A stretch of 64,000 bases of DNA, from the NCBI GenBank assembly GCA_001776775.1, contig MFDD01000014.1, positions 3,684 through 67,683 on the forward strand, written 5' to 3'. Numbering within the stretch: position 1 is the stretch's first letter; each line of letters begins with the position of its first letter. Shown here in pieces: positions 55,271-64,000 of this stretch. The translations under genes and the position numbers were made by a program. A model generated the notes under the pieces. The model saw nothing but the letters and a program-made list of their open reading frames with translations, was not told the origin of the DNA and ran no database searches. The stretch is from Candidatus Daviesbacteria bacterium RIFCSPHIGHO2_02_FULL_43_12. Its GTDB lineage: Bacteria > Patescibacteriota > Microgenomatia > Daviesbacterales > UBA10151.

Positions 55271-56113
55271 ATGGCTAAACTTATGGAAGGACCTGAAACA
55301 TCAGCTAATTTAGTAGAATCACTCCAGAATGGTTACATAAATATTGTCGATAGATCTCCTCAAACTCCAAAAACCCCGGTACCTGTATTTATATCTCCTG
55401 GGTGGAGCGAAACCCCGCAGGTGTTCGAAGATACAATCCAAGAATTTTTAGATGCTGGTCGCCGAGTAATAGCACTTAGCTATTCTGGCACACGCAAAAG
55501 CGACAATGAGACTAATTATCCAAACTTAGAAGTCGCTAAAGGAGAGGCAATTTTAGAGGTAATAAGACTTAAGGGCATTAAACAAGCTGACGTAGTCGGT
55601 CACTCAGAAGGAGCAATTGGAGCAGTGATCGCAGCGTCCCTGGAGCCTGGCAGCATTAGAAATCTTATTTTGGTATCGCCGGCCGGTTTTATCGGAAAAG
55701 ATAGCTTTCCTAAGCTGCTAGGAAGATTCTCCAGAAAAGTTATACAAGATCATTACCGACTGCTGACAGATAGACAATCAAGAAAACCGATGTCTCGCTT
55801 CCTGAAGCAAGGTCTTCGATTTGCAGTTTCACACCCGATCCAAGGGTTAAAAGAGGCGGTAGCTATTTCTCAGGTACAGTTGGGAGAGACCTTAAAAGAG
55901 TTACACGATTTAGGGGTAGGGACAGCAATTATTGCTGGTACTAATGACCCATTGTTTCATATGGCGAAATTGCAACGAACCGTAAAGTCAAGCATGATTG
56001 ATGGTTTTATATCAACTAAAGCTGGGCATGACGAGCTTCATCTCCAGCACAGCTACGCCAGAGCTATGGAACGAGTGCTAACAAGTTTAGAAAATAAAGC
56101 ATCAAGGCATTAA
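55271..56113 (+). CDS. alpha/beta-fold hydrolase
   Basis: Nucleophile elbow VVGHSEGA (GHSxG) and a plausible catalytic triad. Confidence 0.7.
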   Translation: MAKLMEGPETSANLVESLQNGYINIVDRSPQTPKTPVPVFISPGWSETPQVFEDTIQEFLDAGRRVIALSYSGTRKSDNETNYPNLEVAKGEAILEVIRLKGIKQADVVGHSEGAIGAVIAASLEPGSIRNLILVSPAGFIGKDSFPKLLGRFSRKVIQDHYRLLTDRQSRKPMSRFLKQGLRFAVSHPIQGLKEAVAISQVQLGETLKELHDLGVGTAIIAGTNDPLFHMAKLQRTVKSSMIDGFISTKAGHDELHLQHSYARAMERVLTSLENKASRH

Positions 56114-56529
56114 CCCCACTTAACTAGAATAATCGCCATGACTATCACGGATACAACTTGATAACCGTTATTAATAAAGTAAAGCGCCTTGGAGCGCTTC
56201 AAAAAAAGATAATCTCCCAGGCTACCCATCATCATAAACCCAACCCCAATCCATAAAGCCGTCAGAGTAGCATCAGTTAAAGTTTTGACTTGAAAAGCTA
56301 CTAAAACGCGTTCTAAAACATAGGCCATTAGCAGAGATGCTCCGGCTTCGAGCAGATACATTTTCTTTGCGCTTTCTTGATTGATCTCGGACTGGCTCTT
56401 ATTGATCAAAGCCATCCATTTTTTCCCAAAAAGGAGGCGAGAGTACCACAACATTCCAATGCCTATTCGAGCTATCACTGCAATAAATAAAGCTAAACTA
56501 ATTTCTATTCCGTTTTCCAAATGACACAC
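56110..56529 (-). CDS. DUF1761-like membrane protein
   Basis: Four TM helices. The WYSRLLFGKKWMAL motif is recalled for DUF1761. Confidence 0.4.
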   Translation of the reverse strand: MCHLENGIEISLALFIAVIARIGIGMLWYSRLLFGKKWMALINKSQSEINQESAKKMYLLEAGASLLMAYVLERVLVAFQVKTLTDATLTALWIGVGFMMMGSLGDYLFLKRSKALYFINNGYQVVSVIVMAIILVKWG

Positions 56530-56589
56530 CTCCTTGATCTACATAGACTGTAATATATTCTATCTCTCAGCACAAGCCTTATTCCTATT

Positions 56590-58091
56590 TTGCTTGACTC
56601 AATATATATTTATCCTATAATGTTTGTTATGTTCGAGCTTTTCGGTAAATTTTATCCTAATCAAAAGTTGGCAGAGTTGCATGCGCATTCGAGTTTATCC
56701 AAAGATACGGTTAATGGTCTCAGTCCGGAACGGTTGGTAAGGATTGCTGTGGAAGTTGCAAAAATAGATGCTTTGGCTATTACTGATCACGACTCGATAG
56801 TTGGTTCACGAAGAGCTCGTAACTATGCCCGAAGGAGACAGTTACCCATAGAAATCATCCTGCTTCAGAGATTTCAACATCAGGTGGCCATGTGGTGGCT
56901 TTATATATTAAGCAAGATATCGAACCGGATCTGACTTCGGCAGAAACAGTAAAAAGAATCCATCGCCAAAGGGGTCTAGCTATTGCTCCTCATCCACTGT
57001 TTCAAAGAATACATGATTCCTTAGGGGAAGAAGGCGTATTGTCTGTTGCTAAGAGTATTGATCCCGAGGTGTACTGGGATGGTTTTGACATATTTAACGC
57101 TGGTGCAGCAGCTGTAACAAGAGGATTCCCCAACGAAAAAGCCTTAGCCTTTTATCTCCAACATCAAGATGAACTAGGAGCTCCAATTGGCAGCACTGAC
57201 TCCCATGGTGGATTAATTGGTCAAGCAGTAACTTCTTATGTAGATAATTTACCAGACGCTATTAAGAGCAAGGATACCGGAATATTACTGCTTGATCCGG
57301 AAGAGTTTACTGCTCGTTTGGCTACCCTTTTAGAAACACTCTGCCCAAAAAGACTTCGTCCTGGAATTATTGCTCGAGGAGAACGGATACAAAGACTACA
57401 TCGCAGTAGGATTAAACAACCACTGGGGGTGGCTGTTGTCCAAGGAGGGAGACACGAAGAAGCAGATTTATCCTTTTTGAGCCTAAGAGAATTAGGTAGA
57501 TATAATTTACTAACAGAAGGTCAAAAAACCGGCTGGCTAGCATCCCGGCTTGCCTTGAAGTTAGCCTATGGTAATGTTACAGGTTTACCAGCTGATTTGT
57601 TTCCAATGATCTCTGTTGATAATAAAATACAACCTGGCTCTTACAGTGGACCTCCGTTTATTAGCGCTAACCCTAATCTTCATTACTCCTTATCTCACTC
57701 AGAAACTGTAGGGATGGGCGGTGTCTCTAGTCATCCAGTGGGCGTGGATATTGAAAAGGTTATCGCCAGAAGTCATCGATTGTTAGATTATATTGCTACA
57801 CCTGGGGAGCAAGCCCAAGAAGAAGGTGGATTAGATAGACATCAACTGGTTACACGAATCTGGACCTTAAAAGAGGCTATCGCCAAGGGTACACAAATTG
57901 GTATTTCTATGCGGGATTTAGTTGTTCAACTATCGCGACAAAGAGGAGACACTTACGCTGCCAAAGTTTACTATAGAGGAAAGCACCTTTCTGATTGGAG
58001 AGCTGAAGTTTTTCACCGAGGAGATTACTACCTTAGTATAGCCCATCAGCTAGAAGATACTCCTCAGGATTTTGCAATCCATTGGCAATAA
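56590..58091 (+). pseudogene. PHP-domain phosphoesterase fused to Sfp-type 4'-phosphopantetheinyl transferase, interrupted by a -1 frameshift at ~56859
   Basis: Frame 1 (56590..56934) carries PHP motif 1 ELHAHSSLSKD...ITDHD. Frame 2 (open from 56823) continues PASEISTSGGHVVAL, IHRQRGLAIAPHP and STDSHGG, then PPTase motifs SLSHS...GVDIE and WTLKEAIAKGTQIG. Joining IEII|PASEIS needs one extra C at the CC run 56859-60. The likely true start is Met 56629, not 56590. Confidence 0.55.
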
Positions 58092-58092
58092 A

Positions 58093-58500
58093 TTACCTCT
58101 TTGGAGATTGTTTCTTGGCCCGAGCTTTACCGGCTTGACCAAATTTTCGGCGTTCTTTAGCCCGAGGATCACGAGTCAGTAGTCCGGCACTTTTTAGAGA
58201 CGGTCGGTATTTTTCTTTGTCTACCTGCTCCAAAGCTCTAGCAAGACCGTGAACAATTGCCCCAACTTGGGCAGCAAACCCACCACCTTCAACTTTAATA
58301 GTTCCGGTGTATTGACCGAGGGTTGCAGTAACCTCAAAAGGTCTTTGATAAAGCTTTTGCAGAAGAGGTCCGCGGAAGTATTCGGAGATAGGCTTACCAT
58401 TCACTGTTAACTGCCCGTTACCTTTCAGAATACGGACTCTGGCAACGGCTTCTTTTCGTCTACCGACTGCATGAGAGAAATTTGTAACAGGAGTAGGCAT
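58093..58500 (-). CDS. rpsI: 30S ribosomal protein S9
   Basis: Typical S9 sequence, including the conserved basic C-terminus ...RRKFGQAGKARAKKQSPKR. Confidence 0.9.
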   Translation of the reverse strand: MPTPVTNFSHAVGRRKEAVARVRILKGNGQLTVNGKPISEYFRGPLLQKLYQRPFEVTATLGQYTGTIKVEGGGFAAQVGAIVHGLARALEQVDKEKYRPSLKSAGLLTRDPRAKERRKFGQAGKARAKKQSPKR

Positions 58501-58922
58501 TAGACTTTGGCTCCTAGCTGTTTTTCAAAAGGATGTTTCTCGCCTGAATAGATATGTAGCTTTTTAACCATCTCTTTGCCTAGCTTGGATTTCGGCAACA
58601 TTCCGGACACAGCGTATTTGATTATATCGTTGGGACGGCGAAGATTTAATTTTTCAAAAGATTCTTGCTTGTCGCCTCCGGGAAATCCGGAGTGGCGGAA
58701 ATATACTTTTTGCTTAGCTTTGCGACCGGTTACTTTGACAAGAGCGGAGTTCGTGACGATGACAAAATCTCCGTTGTCGAGAAATGGCACAAAGCTAGGC
58801 TTATTTTTACCCATGAGTTTAGTGGCAATATCGGTAGCTATTCGGCCAAGGATCTGACCCTTAGCGTCAACATGATGCCAATTTCTTTTAATATCTTTCG
58901 CGGACATGGAATTAGTAGACAT
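58500..58922 (-). CDS. rplM: 50S ribosomal protein L13
   Basis: WHVVDAKGQILGRIAT is the L13 N-terminal signature. Confidence 0.9.
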   Translation of the reverse strand: MSTNSMSAKDIKRNWHHVDAKGQILGRIATDIATKLMGKNKPSFVPFLDNGDFVIVTNSALVKVTGRKAKQKVYFRHSGFPGGDKQESFEKLNLRRPNDIIKYAVSGMLPKSKLGKEMVKKLHIYSGEKHPFEKQLGAKV

Positions 58923-58983
58923 GAATAAAATTTAAAAGTCAAAATTTAAAATTCAAAAATACAATTCAAAAGTAAAAAAGTAT

Positions 58984-59478
58984 TTAAACTTTTGCCTTTT
59001 TACTTGCACTTTTAACTTTTGCCTTTTGAGTTTTAACCTCCTTTTGTTTTGGTAATTCTTGTGCAGCTTCCAACTTTTCTGTCTTGGTATCTTGTTTTGA
59101 TTTGCTTGTCTCTTGTCCCTTGTCACTTGAGCCCAGCAGCAGGCTCATCTGCACCATCAGAGCCCCATCGCCTTGTCTGTAACCTAGCTTAACAACAGAG
59201 GTATACCCCGAGTTACGATCTTTCATTCTGGGTGTTAAGTCGTTGATTAATTTCTCGTAAACTTCTTTTCTAGTTAGAAACTGAGCAACTAAACGCTTGG
59301 TGGTGGGAGATTTTGCCTGAGTGATTAACCGATCAACGAGTCCTTTAATAGCTGCAGCTTTAGCCTGAGTTGTTTGGATTTTTTCGGAAAGAATCAAAGA
59401 CGAGACTAACGCTTTGAAGAGCGCAGTTCTTTGGTTGGTGTCTCTTGAGAGTTTTTTACCATAAATACTATGCCTCAC
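58984..59478 (-). CDS. rplQ: 50S ribosomal protein L17 with Lys-rich C-terminal extension
   Basis: L17 core (RHSIYGKKLSRDTNQRTALFKAL...) plus a 40-aa K/A/Q tail. Confidence 0.85.
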   Translation of the reverse strand: MRHSIYGKKLSRDTNQRTALFKALVSSLILSEKIQTTQAKAAAIKGLVDRLITQAKSPTTKRLVAQFLTRKEVYEKLINDLTPRMKDRNSGYTSVVKLGYRQGDGALMVQMSLLLGSSDKGQETSKSKQDTKTEKLEAAQELPKQKEVKTQKAKVKSASKKAKV

Positions 59479-60385
59479 CTAAAGACAGCCCCCTCTCTGT
59501 TAACTTCTCTGAGATAAGTCCTAAGGATTTTGTACCGAGGTTTTTCGCCTTCATTAGTTGGATCTTTGGAACTGATACTAATTTGCCGATGGTATCGATT
59601 TCGATAGCTTTTAAGGCATTGGTGATACGGACAGGAAGATCTAGCTCTTCAACTGATGATTTAAGCAGGTCCTCGGAAATGGTTGAAGAGGGTTTGACTA
59701 CTTCCGTTTCTTCAGCGGCCATCGGTTCGTATACTTGTTTAAAATACCCTGTTAATACTTCGGCAGCTTTATTGACAGCGTCAAGGGGAGCAATAGTTCC
59801 ATCAGTGGTGATCTCCAGTAGTAATTTGTCAAAATTGGTATTTCGACCAACCCGAGTTTGATCAACGGTGTAATTTACGGATATCACTGGACTATATAAA
59901 GCATCGACTGCCAGAGTTCCAATTTCGTTAATTTTTTTCTCTTCTGAGGGAACATAGCCAACACCGGTTTCGGCAGTCAACTCAACGACAAATTTTACTT
60001 TACTATCGGTGAGTGTTGCTATATGGACATCGGGAGTAACGATCTCTGCCACACCCTGAGTATCAATATCTGAAGCCTTAACCTCTCCAGCACCGCTTTT
60101 ATTGATAGTCAAACGAACAGCCTTATCTCCGTAAATTCTGACTCTAACCTTTTTTAAATTAAGGATAATTTGAATAGCATCTTCAACGACACCTTTCAAG
60201 GTAGAAAATTGATGTGATACTCCGTTAATTTTGACGGAAGTAATAGCACTTCCGGGGATAGAGCTAAGTAAGCATCGCCTTAGACTATTGCCTAAAGTGT
60301 GACCATAGCCTTGTTCCAAAGGTTCGATAGCCACAATGCTGGTGTTGCCATTCTCTTTTTCAAGTGTTACTGTAAATCTTTGCAT
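59468..60385 (-). CDS. rpoA: DNA-directed RNA polymerase subunit alpha
   Basis: N-terminal dimerisation domain and C-terminal alphaCTD (ELDLPVRITNALK). Confidence 0.9.
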   Translation of the reverse strand: MQRFTVTLEKENGNTSIVAIEPLEQGYGHTLGNSLRRCLLSSIPGSAITSVKINGVSHQFSTLKGVVEDAIQIILNLKKVRVRIYGDKAVRLTINKSGAGEVKASDIDTQGVAEIVTPDVHIATLTDSKVKFVVELTAETGVGYVPSEEKKINEIGTLAVDALYSPVISVNYTVDQTRVGRNTNFDKLLLEITTDGTIAPLDAVNKAAEVLTGYFKQVYEPMAAEETEVVKPSSTISEDLLKSSVEELDLPVRITNALKAIEIDTIGKLVSVPKIQLMKAKNLGTKSLGLISEKLTERGLSLGEA

Positions 60386-60395
60386 TTTTATATTT

Positions 60396-60998
60396 CTATC
60401 TTGAATAGTACTCTACAATCAGCTGTTCATTAACAATCTTTTCCATCTCGTCGCGGCGTGGAATCCGGATCACTTTACCAACCGCTCCTTTTCTCTCTAA
60501 CCACTCCGGAAGATCCGTGTGCGTAGCTAAATTCTTTTTAACTTGTGTATTATCTACGAATTTGGCTGAAATTGCAATCACCATTTCCGGTTTAACCCAA
60601 AATGACGGGATGGTCACTTTTTTGCCGTCGACTGTCACATGTCCATGGGAAACGACCTGGCGAGCCTCAGCCCTTGAAGAAGTTAACCCTAAACGATAAA
60701 CCACATTATCCAAGCGAGTTTCCAGAATTTCCAGCATAGTTTGTCCAGTTGAACCTTTCGCTTTTGAAGCCCGCTGATAAATGCCGTTAAACTGTTTTTC
60801 AAGTAACCCAAAGAGTCGTTTGGCCTTTTGTTTCTCCCGAAGTTGAACACCATATTCAGAGCTGCGTCTTCTCATCTTAGTCCCCCTCATCCCTGGTGGA
60901 ATAGCCCCTTTGCGTTCAATAGACTTAAGATCCTTGGTGGACAGGGCAACTCCTTCTCGACGGCTTAATCTTCGTTTCGGACCAGTGTATCTACTCAT
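60396..60998 (-). CDS. rpsD: 30S ribosomal protein S4
   Basis: MSRYTGPKRRLSRREG N-terminus and an S4 domain. Confidence 0.9.
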   Translation of the reverse strand: MSRYTGPKRRLSRREGVALSTKDLKSIERKGAIPPGMRGTKMRRRSSEYGVQLREKQKAKRLFGLLEKQFNGIYQRASKAKGSTGQTMLEILETRLDNVVYRLGLTSSRAEARQVVSHGHVTVDGKKVTIPSFWVKPEMVIAISAKFVDNTQVKKNLATHTDLPEWLERKGAVGKVIRIPRRDEMEKIVNEQLIVEYYSR

Positions 60999-61078
60999 AA
61001 GTTTATAGTTCGCTGCGCTTATAGTTTATAGTTTATAGTTTTAATCCCATAAACCATTTACCATAAACTATCTACCAG

Positions 61079-61477
61079 CTATACTCTTCTCCTTTTCTTT
61101 GCTCTCGGACCATTATGGGGCACTGGAGTAATATCAGCGATCAAATTTATATTCAAACCGGCATTTTTGAGAGCTCTAATCGCGGAATCCCTACCAGGAC
61201 CAGGACCTTTGATAAATAGCTCACAAGCGGTCATACCCATTAATTTAGCTTTATTAGCCACCGTTTCAACAGCACTAATCGCAGCAAAAGGAGTAGCTTT
61301 ACGAGCCCCTTTAAAACCAGATGCTCCTGATGAACTCCAGGCCAGAGTATCTCCTTTGGGATTAGTCAGGGTCACTAAAGTATTGTTAAAGGTCGCAGTT
61401 ACATAAACCTTTCCACTCGGAATATGTCTCTGAGAGTCGACTTTTTTCTTTGATTTAATCTCTGTTTTCTTAGCCAT
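61079..61477 (-). CDS. rpsK: 30S ribosomal protein S11
   Basis: GKVYVTATFNNTLVTLT and the S11 core. Confidence 0.9.
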   Translation of the reverse strand: MAKKTEIKSKKKVDSQRHIPSGKVYVTATFNNTLVTLTNPKGDTLAWSSSGASGFKGARKATPFAAISAVETVANKAKLMGMTACELFIKGPGPGRDSAIRALKNAGLNINLIADITPVPHNGPRAKKRRRV

Positions 61478-61494
61478 AATTAGTTGCTAGTGAA

Positions 61495-61890
61495 CTACTT
61501 TGGTGGTGCGGTTTTAGCCACAACATCCTTACGTACAGTACCGACAGTTTTTCTTTTACCTTTTTTAGTCCGAGCATTAGAGCGGGTTCTCTGTCCTCTA
61601 GCAGGCAAACCTTTTTTATGTCTGCTGCCCCGGTAAGACCCGATCTCTTCCAGTCTCTTAATATTTTGACCTACTTCACGACGCAAGTCTCCCTCGACCA
61701 TAAACTTATCGACTGCTTTCTGCAGGCGAGTCAACTCGTCCTCGGACAACTCCTGAAGACGCTTGGATGGATCTACTTTAGACTCTGCTAAAACTTTCAG
61801 TACATTCGATCGTCCGATACCATAAATATAGGTCAGTCCGATATCTGTTCTTTTATGTTCCGGTAAATCAACTCCTGCTATGCGTGCCAT
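61495..61890 (-). CDS. rpsM: 30S ribosomal protein S13
   Basis: [10 protein letters not shown] and IYGIGRS motifs. Confidence 0.9.
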   Translation of the reverse strand: MARIAGVDLPEHKRTDIGLTYIYGIGRSNVLKVLAESKVDPSKRLQELSEDELTRLQKAVDKFMVEGDLRREVGQNIKRLEEIGSYRGSRHKKGLPARGQRTRSNARTKKGKRKTVGTVRKDVVAKTAPPK

Positions 61891-61974
61891 ATCTAATTTA
61901 AGTATCCAAGTAACAAGTTCTAAGTATGCAAATTAAGTTTGTATCTTGTTTCTTGTATCTTGGTTATTGACCTC

Positions 61975-62091
61975 CTATCCCTGTCTCTGCTTGTGTTTAG
62001 GATCTCGTGAGCAGATCACAAATAACACACCCTCGCGTTTAACGAACGTGCAAAATTTACATCTAGGTTTAATACTTGCTTGTACTTTCAT
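61975..62091 (-). CDS. rpmJ: 50S ribosomal protein L36 ([38 protein letters not shown])
   Basis: 38-aa ORF absent from the ORF track. C-x2-C-x12-C-x4-H zinc ribbon identical in pattern to L36. Confidence 0.85.
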   Translation of the reverse strand: MKVQASIKPRCKFCTFVKREGVLFVICSRDPKHKQRQG

Positions 62092-62175
62092 TTTTTTATA
62101 GTTACTAGTCTCAAGAGTCCAGAGTCAAGTAAAACTTGGCTTTATGATTCCTTGACTCTTGCCACTTGTCTCTCG

Positions 62176-62463
62176 TTACCTGATCCTGTAGGTGATCCTA
62201 CCCTTATCTAAATCATACTTCGGGCTCATCTCTATCTTCACTTTATCTCCCGTAAATAACTTAATATAGTTACGGCGCATTTTACCAGATATATGACACA
62301 AAATAACCCGTCCGAGCAACTCTGGTACCTCTATACATCTGGTTATCTCGACCCGAAACAAGGTATTAGGTAAAACTTCGGTTATTTTACCTTCTACTTC
62401 AATTTGATCCTGCATAAGCTTTCGCGCTTTAGGTATTCTACCAGAGTCAGCTTCATTTGACAA
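62176..62463 (-). CDS. infA: translation initiation factor IF-1
   Basis: [17 protein letters not shown]...[20 protein letters not shown] matches the IF-1 S1-like fold. The true start may be Met at 62415. Confidence 0.85.
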   Translation of the reverse strand: MSNEADSGRIPKARKLMQDQIEVEGKITEVLPNTLFRVEITRCIEVPELLGRVILCHISGKMRRNYIKLFTGDKVKIEMSPKYDLDKGRITYRIR

Positions 62464-62478
62464 CCTATAATTTAGAAA

Positions 62479-63279
62479 CTAGACGGTTCTCCAATCGGTC
62501 AAGACTTCGGCAGACTCTTTACCTACGATCAGCGTCATCTCGAATAATCCCCCCATTGACCCATCAGCGGTAACTAATGTCCATTTATCCGGAGCCAAGA
62601 CTACTTCGGCAGATTTCTCGGCGAAAATAACCTCAATAGCTATAGTCATTCCAGCTTTTAAGACTAGTCCCGTCCCTTGCGTACCAAATCCAGGTACTTC
62701 TGGAGCCTCGTGAAGTTTACGTCCAATTCCATGCCCAATTAGGGTCCGGGAAACGGAATATCCGGACTGATTCTCTACTATTTCCTGGATAACACCGCCG
62801 ATATCTCCGATCCTTCCCCCTTCTATGGCCAAGTCAACAGCCGCCCATAAAGCTCTTTCCCCAACCTCTAAAAAAGAACTTTTAGCTCCACCCACAATCA
62901 CACTCCAGGCAGTATCGGTATTCCATCCCTTAAAACAAGCCCCCAGGTCAATACTGACCTTGTCTCCTTGTTTTAAAATAATGTTGCGCGGAATCCCATG
63001 GACTAGCTCGTCGTTAACCGTTAAGCAGCAGGTGTAGCTATACCCAGGAACCTTTTTAAAGGCTGCTTCGGCCCCGTGTCTTAAGATTTCAGCCTCAGCA
63101 ATCCGTTCTAAATCCCAAAGACTAACCCCAACTGCTACAGCCTCAATCGTTTTTTTAAGCGCCTGAGCAGAGATCCAGCCGCTTTTACGCATTAGCTGTA
63201 ACTCTTCTTCTGTCCGAATATTAACGGCTGCCATGTCTCCTCCTAAGCTCTGCTTTGATATCCTTAAAATGTTCTTCAA
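62479..63279 (-). CDS. map: methionine aminopeptidase type I
   Basis: Pita-bread fold with metal ligands D..D..H..E..E. The probable start is Met at 63234, which avoids overlap with adk. Confidence 0.9.
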   Translation of the reverse strand: MKNILRISKQSLGGDMAAVNIRTEEELQLMRKSGWISAQALKKTIEAVAVGVSLWDLERIAEAEILRHGAEAAFKKVPGYSYTCCLTVNDELVHGIPRNIILKQGDKVSIDLGACFKGWNTDTAWSVIVGGAKSSFLEVGERALWAAVDLAIEGGRIGDIGGVIQEIVENQSGYSVSRTLIGHGIGRKLHEAPEVPGFGTQGTGLVLKAGMTIAIEVIFAEKSAEVVLAPDKWTLVTADGSMGGLFEMTLIVGKESAEVLTDWRTV

Positions 63280-63793
63280 TATTTTTGGTCACTTCTTCAA
63301 CTGTTCCGGAAGCATCAATGACAGTTAATTTACCTTGATCCCGGTAATAAGTAATTACAGGTTCGGTTAATTCATGATAAACTTTTAAACGCTGCTCAAT
63401 GATTTCCGGGGTGTCATCACTCCTCTCGCGACCGAGCAGACGTTCTTTCACTATTCTTTGAGGTACTTCTAAAAAAACCACCATATCATACTGAGGATCG
63501 AACTTTTCCAACTGGGAGATCCGCCTAATATACCCATCAAAAATAAATCCTTTGGCCCCGTGTTCGACTTCTGCCTGGATCTTCTTCTTGACCATAGGTA
63601 TCACTATCTCATCTGGGACTAGTTGACCGGAATTGGACATCTCAAGGCAGATTCTTCCTTCTTCTGAATCTTCCAAAGCTTTTTCCCTAACCAGGTCTCC
63701 AGAGCGAATTAAACGAAGTCCCAAACTATCTGCTAAAATTTGAGCCTGAGTAGACTTACCTGAACCGATAGAGCCAAGTAGGAGAATTTTCAT
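63221..63793 (-). CDS. adk: adenylate kinase
   Basis: P-loop GSIGSGKSTQ. Short form with lid. Confidence 0.9.
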   Translation of the reverse strand: MKILLLGSIGSGKSTQAQILADSLGLRLIRSGDLVREKALEDSEEGRICLEMSNSGQLVPDEIVIPMVKKKIQAEVEHGAKGFIFDGYIRRISQLEKFDPQYDMVVFLEVPQRIVKERLLGRERSDDTPEIIEQRLKVYHELTEPVITYYRDQGKLTVIDASGTVEEVTKNIEEHFKDIKAELRRRHGSR

Positions 63794-64000
63794 CGGTGCA
63801 AAAAGCCTTCGTAGTTACGCTCAATAAGTTTACTTTCAAACTGCTTAGCCGTATCCAAAATAACGGAAACTACAATCAAAATACTTGTTCCGCCAAGTAC
63901 CAAAGTCGAGATGCCGGTCATCTGAGAAATAACCGATGGTAAAACCGCCATACTACCAAGAAACAAGGCTCCCGCTAAAGTAATTCTGAGCATAATGTAG
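63790..64000 (-). CDS. secY: preprotein translocase SecY, C-terminal part (gene continues beyond window end)
   Basis: LGGTSILIVVSVILDTAKQFESKLIERNYEGF matches the SecY C-terminus. The ORF is open to the window edge. Confidence 0.85.
   Translation of the reverse strand, partial: YIMLRITLAGALFLGSMAVLPSVISQMTGISTLVLGGTSILIVVSVILDTAKQFESKLIERNYEGFLHR

Noticed and set aside
1-64000. CRISPR arrays, rRNA genes, IS/transposase or integrase genes
   Set aside because: No regularly spaced direct repeats of 25-40 nt with unique spacers were found. No rRNA-like conserved blocks, DDE transposase or tyrosine-recombinase motifs were seen.

Overview
This is a low-GC, gene-dense bacterial chromosomal window of about 90 genes, mostly in long minus-strand operons. 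Its content suggests a small-genome bacterium, possibly Patescibacteria/CPR-like; this is inference only. It carries a pentose-phosphate operon (split transketolase, rpe, rpiB, LOG, type II NADH dehydrogenase, PfkB kinase, LacD-like aldolase). It also holds tgt, an OmpR/GAF-histidine-kinase pair, DsbA+VKOR, three NUDIX hydrolases, gltX, aspS, secD/secF, recJ, cca, recA/recX, rny, hup, miaA, metK and GT39/GT-C membrane glycosyltransferases. At the 3' end is a ribosomal/rpoA cluster (rpsI-rplM-rplQ-rpoA-rpsD-rpsK-rpsM-rpmJ-infA-map-adk-secY). RNA genes and elements found by eye are tRNA-Gln(CUG), tRNA-Pro(GGG), RNase P RNA with a canonical promoter, and a SAM-I-like riboswitch in front of metK. 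The most interesting locus is at 26.9-30.2 kb: two divergent leader-peptide transcription attenuators sit on either side of a ridA gene. The minus-strand leader is an aromatic-rich peptide (FWFYFNFNF) in front of a Phe/Tyr operon (unknown protein, TyrA-PheA fusion, CxCxxCC protein, chorismate mutase, class IV aminotransferase). The plus-strand leader is a Leu/Ile-rich peptide (ILNLNLII) in front of an unrecognisable 527-aa protein plus an AstE/AspA-family zinc hydrolase. Other notable items are a frameshifted PHP-domain::4'-phosphopantetheinyl-transferase fusion, two genes inserted between secD and secF, a 59-aa comM/yifB remnant, and a missed 47-aa zinc-ribbon gene. No CRISPR array, rRNA or obvious transposase was seen.
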